Part shown: positions 58,000 through 64,000 of the stretch, piece after piece
Position numbering within the stretch: position 1 is the first letter of the stretch
Layout of the letters: each line of letters starts with the position of its first letter
Assembly (NCBI GenBank): GCA_964016885.1
Contig: OZ024745.1
Location: forward strand, 68,200,001 to 68,264,000
Length of the DNA stretch: 64,000 nucleotides
Reading direction: 5' to 3'
Source: Eledone cirrhosa
Taxonomy: Eukaryota
The notes under the pieces: model-generated
What the model saw: only the letters and a program-made list of their open reading frames with translations
Database searches by the model: none
What the model was told of the DNA's origin: nothing
Made by a program: the position numbers and the translations under genes

Positions 58000-58382
58000 C
58001 TATAAAGTATGTCCATAGAATCATTTGATAATATATATACATCATTTCTTCTCCCAATTAGCAAAATTAACCACACAAAAAATCAATTAGACCAGACTAT
58101 AAGATTAAAAGGCACCTATGAAGAAACAGTAAATAAATAAACGATAGCAATCTCTTCGCGGCCAACCGCCATAGAATATTTACCCAACATTTCAACAGCA
58201 CGTGGAAATCAATTAAATATACGGTCAACCATACACAATTAGGTATAAAATTAAAGTTATAAATGCTTATATACATACCAGGATTATGTCCCTACCCTTG
58301 AGTTTCGTTCGCATTTTGAGATATCCTATTAAGGATAAATCTCGAGCTTCGAATTCGCCAGGAGACAAACTCGCTAGGACAG

Positions 58383-58385
<3 letters not shown>
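58000..58385 (-). mobile_element. Diverged family D unit with long-P2 hammerhead (58287-58367)
   Basis: UGUCUC-CUGGCGA-aUUCG-aagcuc-GAGAuuUAUCC(uuaaua)GGAUAUCUC..CGAAc-GAAA-CUcaagGG-UA-GGGACA. Confidence 0.72.
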
Positions 58386-58417
<32 letters not shown>

Positions 58418-58420
<3 letters not shown>

Positions 58421-60110
58421 GTCGTTTGGAAGCCTCGACAATGCAAATGGGTGAATCTCCGGGTAACAAGATCCGGTGGTGGAGAGAGAGATGTAAGTGG
58501 GTGTACGTTGAGATGCGTGGTGTGTATGAGATGTGTAGAAGAATGAAGGAAAGAGTATAAAGGATAAAATAAAAATAACAACACGAGAGAGAGTTACCTT
58601 GGGAGAGATTTAATAGTCCCTATATATTTCGGATTCACATCCATCAACTGGGGGGTTTTCCGGGGTGGGGGAAAGGTTGTCTGTCGGACAGGTGCGAAAC
58701 GCGTCCTCCGCTGTTTGTTGTTTTGAATATCTGAGGTATTCGGCAGAACGCGCGTGCGCGTGAAATGGGGTCGGTCGGGCAGAGGTCAGCGGCCGAATGA
58801 GGGAGTGGGGTGGCGCTAGCTGTCAGTCCATTCTCTGCCTGTTTGTTAAATGTTACTGTGTGTGTGTGCATGTGTTGTTGTCTCGCTTGAGTGTGTGTGT
58901 GTGTGTGTGTGTGTGCGTGTGTTGTTGCCTTGTTCCTCTGTATTGGCAGTGTAGTATGTTCGTATGGTGGAATGCTACTGTGTGTGTGTGCGTGTGTGTG
59001 TGTAGTTGTCTCGTTTGTGTGTGTGTGTGTGTGCGTGTGTTGCTGCATCGTTTGTTAGCTTAAACCAGCCATCTCATTTCGCTTCTCTCTGATCGGTTGT
59101 TTATTTGCGGTTGCAGACGTTTGATAAACAGTGCTTCCTTGATACGTAACGTGCCGACGTTTCTTTCAGTCGCTAGAATTGTGACAATGGGCCTTCCGTC
59201 TTTGTTTCCGCATTTGTCTATGTGTTTCCGGAAAGACGAGGCCCTGGTTTTAGTGTGTTCCTTGATCCGGATGTGCAAAAGTCGGATTGTGCTACCTATG
59301 TAGTATTGGTTGCACCTGTCACATTTTATCTTATACACGACGTATGTGCGTAGGCAACAGTTCGCATGGCGTATCGGGCAGTCTCTGAGGGAGCATGCGT
59401 CAGTAGATTTACCGGGTTTCCTGGAGAGGCATCTTCGCAGGGAGGGGCCCGAATGGGCCAAGTGGATGTCGAGGCCCTCCCTCCGTATAGCCTTGCGGAT
59501 AGCGTTGGTGGTATTCTCGCCCAGGTGTGGCATTTTAAGGAAGCACTTGCTTTGGGTGCCTCTCTGTCTCTTGCGTCTGGTGTCTCCTATTCTGTCTGTG
59601 ATCGAGGTAGGGTACCCGTCCGTCTCCAGCACCTCGAGGAATCGCTTGGTATGAGTGACACCACTCGCGGGATCGCTGCATCTGTTTTTGATTCCCGCGA
59701 TCTCGTTCGTGATGTATCCTCTTTTGGCACTGTTAGGGAGGGCGGACTTGTAGTGAACGAACAGGTCCCTGCAGGCTGCCTTTCGGTAGAAGTTGCAGTG
59801 GATCCTTCCCTGTTCCGTGATGTTGATTCGGAAGTCAAGGAGGGCAAGTGACCCGTCTTCGTTGGGGTGTTCAACACTAAAGTCAATGTTCTCGTCCGTG
59901 TTGTTGAACGTCTCTTAGATTCTGTTCGCCGTGTCTTTGGAAGGTGTGAGGATGAGGATATCGTCCACGTACCTTGAGAAAAAGGCTACGGCGTTGGGGT
60001 GGCAGGCGTTGAGTACCTTGCGTTCGAGGTTGTCCATGTAAGAGATCGCTAGCACACCTGATAGGCTTGATCCCATGGGCAATCCCGAGGTTTGTTGGTA
60101 TGTTTGGTCA
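58418..60110 (-). mobile_element. 5'-truncated Penelope-like element (family H): RT + C-terminal GIY-YIG + pLTR
   Basis: YQQTSGLPMGSSLS, RYVDDI, LALLD, FYRK, Cys-rich linker, VVYKIKCDRCNQYYIGSTIRLLHIRIKEH, EALFI..PQIN. The 3' end abuts (TA)n. Confidence 0.93.
59060..60110 (-). pseudogene. PLE RT/GIY-YIG ORF remnant
   Basis: One reading frame with a single internal TAA at 59915-59917. Confidence 0.9.
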
Positions 60111-60121
60111 AACATACCAAC

Positions 60122-60262
60122 AAACGATTGTAACACACAATAAATTGAGTTCAGATGCATCACTGATTTTTCGTTTTCCATTCTATCATACTATGCTCTG
60201 TAAGAGCATAGAGTGCTCAACCGGCATACCACCTATGGAAGCATCTTAGATACCATAATACA
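60122..60262 (+). mobile_element. Family I pLTR 3' piece with tail
   Basis: AAACGATTGTAA..AATAAA..ctgattt..ctctgtaagagcat.gagtgctcaa..gcatacc, homologous to the reverse complement of 5663-5805. Confidence 0.7.
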
Positions 60263-60749
60263 CATATATATATTATATATATATATATATTTACATTAAT
60301 ATATATATATATATATATAAATATATGTCCATATATATATATATATATATACATATGTATGTATATGATACATACGCAAACTTAGACTCCCTTACATACA
60401 CACCCATTTATACATATGTCTCTCTTAATCTTCTCAAAATCCCTGCCTCTCTCGAAATATAGGCATATATATGTGCGTGTGTATGCGCGTATATATATAT
60501 ATGAGTCCCTGATTCAATCAGGTAACCACAGAAGGTAAAGTACTCAAAAAATTGTTACGGGTGACAGCAGCGATTCTTTGCTTAAACTTGAATCTGTTAT
60601 TTTAATAAATATTTGCTCTACGGTTCTTATATATTTCATATATATTTATCCTTATCGAGCCCTCTTTGGATTTTAGTCTTCAAATTTATTATTATTACTA
60701 TATATAACTATACATATATATATATATATGTGCGTGTGTGTGTGTGTGC

Positions 60750-60824
<75 letters not shown>

Positions 60825-62074
60825 GGTATGATATATGCACACTCATACACACACACGCATACATAAACACACACTCACACACGCATATATATATGTAGTT
60901 TCTTTTTCTCAGTCACACGTCCTCTCCATATATCTGTTATGTTAGTTCTTCCATTCCATGTTACTTTGTCGTTGACACCCTACTTTATAATTTCATATCT
61001 TCCTTTCTATACCACAGTTCTTACATCTGACACTGGTTTCCGTCTGTTCTTTCTGCTTGTCTCTTTATTGATTTTATTGAATGTTTAATCTTTCAACTTT
61101 CTCTCTCTCTCTCTCTCCCTCTCTCTTCATATATCTATCTTACCCTATTTCTCCCCCTCTCTCTCTTTGTAACTATCACTCTCTCTTTCTCTCCCCCTAC
61201 CTCTTTTTCTCTCTCTCCCAGTCCCTATCTCTCTTTCTCTCTCTCACCCTCTCTCTCTCTCTCACCCTCTCTCTCTTTTTCTCAGTCTCCCACTCTCTCT
61301 CTCTCTATTGCTATGTTTCTATTTTTACACCCCATCTACTCTCTCTCTTTTCGTCCTCTTTCTCTTTCTTTCAGTATTATTTACTCTTGGAAACTAGTGT
61401 GAAACTTCTATTGTATGTCGGTGGAACCAAACCATTAAATAAATGGTTGCAGAAGAATAAAAAACAACAACATACATTTGAAAGACTGAAAGAATGCAAC
61501 ATATACAGATGGAAAGAAAGGAACAGTCGAGATGTAACAATGTGAAATCGAGATTCTGTATAGTGTAGTAAAAACTTGGTTTCACTTCATTTTCTTTCAC
61601 AATACCTAAGGCTAGATCAAATTTCTATCAAAGCTTTGATATAAAATACGATCTGTTTGCTATTTTCATGCCTTTCTGTGTAGAATAAAGCCGAACTTAA
61701 GCTGTCTTTACATTTTTGTTTTCTGTCCAAAGTGTATTATATTCTATTTCATCACATTAAGTGCCTCACTCTGTGACTAAAGATGATCCCCACTCGTAAG
61801 TTTATTTTGCTATCATAATCTTTTGATTTAGATTAATCAATGAGACGTGTATCTATTTGGAAATGTTATTAATTGAATCAAACAGGGAAGTGTTTTCTTA
61901 TCGCTATTTTAAATATTCTTTATTTTACTCCAACACTTCAGGGATTATCTATCCATCAAATCACACCTATATCCGATCAGCCATAGCCGTGTGTTTAAGA
62001 CGTTTGCACCACAGTCACGTGTCTATAAGTTTAGACCCGCTGCATGGAAAGTGGTTTCTACTATGGCCTTGTGG

Positions 62075-62225
62075 TATTCATTCCGACACTTTATATTCTG
62101 AGTTCTGAGTTCAATCCCATCGAAGTCAACTTTACCTGTCATCCTTCCGGGGACGATAAAATAAAACACCAGTCAATTTAATCGACTAACCCCAACTCAC
62201 GAGCCAAATTTCTGGCTTTATGTTT
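62075..62225 (+). mobile_element. Decayed SINE
   Basis: GAGTTCAATCCC..CATCCTTCCGGGGACGATAAAATAAA. Further relics at 53690-53825 and 63060-63300. Confidence 0.6.
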
Positions 62226-64000
62226 TTCTTATAAAATCACTTAACAGTAGATGCTAAGCAAACCTAGATACATGTTTTCACTGATCACAGCAAACATATT
62301 TTCAATCTATTCATGCGAAATCAATCCCAGTATGTCTTCGATAAATTTGCAACGATATTTAACCGTACATTCTATCGTTGATATGGAGAAAATTTCTATT
62401 GGAGTGTCCTTATTTTATTACCTCCCGTTACTCCGAAACAAAGCCTAAGTTATATTATGGAATATATCGTTCAAATAATCAGTAAATTATTCTCTTCGAT
62501 CGTTTACAACACAGTTGATGAATTGTCAATCCAAACAGTTTTATTAGTTCTCAATAATTATTAATTAGTCAGAAGGGAATATAAAGGAAGACATATGTTA
62601 CTGTTTCGATCTAATATGATAGAACACAAGAGAACATATCTTGACTTTTCTGAAATAGATATTGTAGAAGAGAAATGCTAGAGCTTATGTGACGTAACTG
62701 GAATCAATATCTAACATAATTCCAGCTGTTGTTTACATCGCAAACAACTTACTTGAAACTATAGGCTCCCTGCATTAAGCTACGTAATAAAAATTGAAAT
62801 AAATATATGAAATAAAATTGTGAATGAAACTGAAACAAATTTATGAAATTTTTAACAAACATTTCAGCTTGTTTTTTTTTTTGTTTCTTTCTTTTCTTTC
62901 CTCGTGTAAAATTTTGACAGGACACACAGAACTGGAAATGAGAGAGATAATTTTAGGAGAAAATTTAGAAGTGTCTGGAAATATTCATTGCATAACAGAA
63001 CATGCTTTAAGTGATCAATATTTAATCCGTTTTAGAAGTTGATTGACAGAACCAATAGACTGGCTCATAAAGTGCCTTGCGGTGTTTAGTCACATGATTT
63101 TATGCACTGAGTTCAGTGGTTAAGTTTGCTTTTCATCCTTCCAGTGGTAATGAAATATATTACCAGTTAAATACTGCAGTATTTAAGTAGCATCTTTCTC
63201 GTGTCGATAACATTTATTACCAGTTAATTACTGGTGTCGGTATTTATCTACAGTACTTTCGCCAGAAAGCTGAGGCCTCATGTCGATGCTAGAAATCAAT
63301 AACAAAACCATTCAGAGTTAGAATAAAGCCAAAATTGAATTTGCATTACATTTTTTGATAAAATAAATTGTTTGTAAAATACTGAAACTATTCAATCGAA
63401 TATATAAAAAGTAGGTAACATCTGCGTACCACCAAAGTAAAAAAGGCTTTCAGTGTGCTCTAAAAAGAACAACTGGAACCCGACCTCGGCGAAATGTGGA
63501 ATGACATCCGGTAAGGGTGGTGAATATGGTACACTATATATTGTTTTTAAAATGGAGGACGTAGTGAAGTTCAGTTAGTCAAACATCTACTCACAGGTGT
63601 AATTTATCCATTGTTGATATACCTATAAATTGGTCAAACATATAGAAAAAGAAAGCAGTATTAGAAAGGACTATAAATGCCATAAATGAGAGGAAAAGGA
63701 GAGAAAGAGCAAGGACTTTTAGGCGAAGGAAGAAAGAAAGGAGGAAGGGAAGAGGGTGACAGACTCTACACCTAGGTCAGAGTGGAGTTTCGGCTGCGCC
63801 CCACATACAAAATGGTAAAGACATTTCCGCGGTCAATAATCCTACAATTTGCAGTATTTGAGACGACGTAACAGAAGGGACACTACAAGAAATATTGGTA
63901 ATGTGGTTGACCTTTGTTCCATGTTCATTTTCCTGGCCCAATATCGACAGGGGGTCAGTGCGGACGTGACATTTGGTAATATGTAGATTGGTGGAGTCGC

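Noticed and set aside
58675-58710. Antisense HHR at CGAAACGCGTC
   Set aside because: There is no upstream CUGANGA, and the homologous copy at ~26565 has GGAACGCGTC.

Overview
AT-rich, microsatellite-saturated eukaryotic DNA with no intact host gene that I can support. The repeat complement suggests a mollusc, probably an octopus-like cephalopod (inference). Almost all structure belongs to two microsatellite-targeted retroelement communities. (1) (TA)n tracts hold fragments of about ten Penelope-like (PLE) families. These include a 5'-truncated RT + GIY-YIG copy at 58418-60110, tandem non-coding units of 546 and 695 bp, and about 20 type I hammerhead ribozyme (HHR) motifs. Several HHRs share an unusual long-P2 architecture with a predicted pseudoknot, supported by compensatory changes between families. 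Many PLE insertions are head-to-head inverted pairs, and in some the two arms come from different (sub)families. (2) (ATT)n tracts hold a near full-length but disabled Tx1-like LINE (43258-49186), R4/Dong-like RLE LINEs in the opposite orientation, and a tRNA-derived SINE. The SINE shares its 3' end, target and TSD geometry with the Tx1 element. Also present: RTE and CRE LINE relics, two minisatellites (52 bp; 48 bp derived from a SINE A-box), Helitron-like fragments and a possible decayed GPCR. All RNA structures were folded by eye, and no searches were run.
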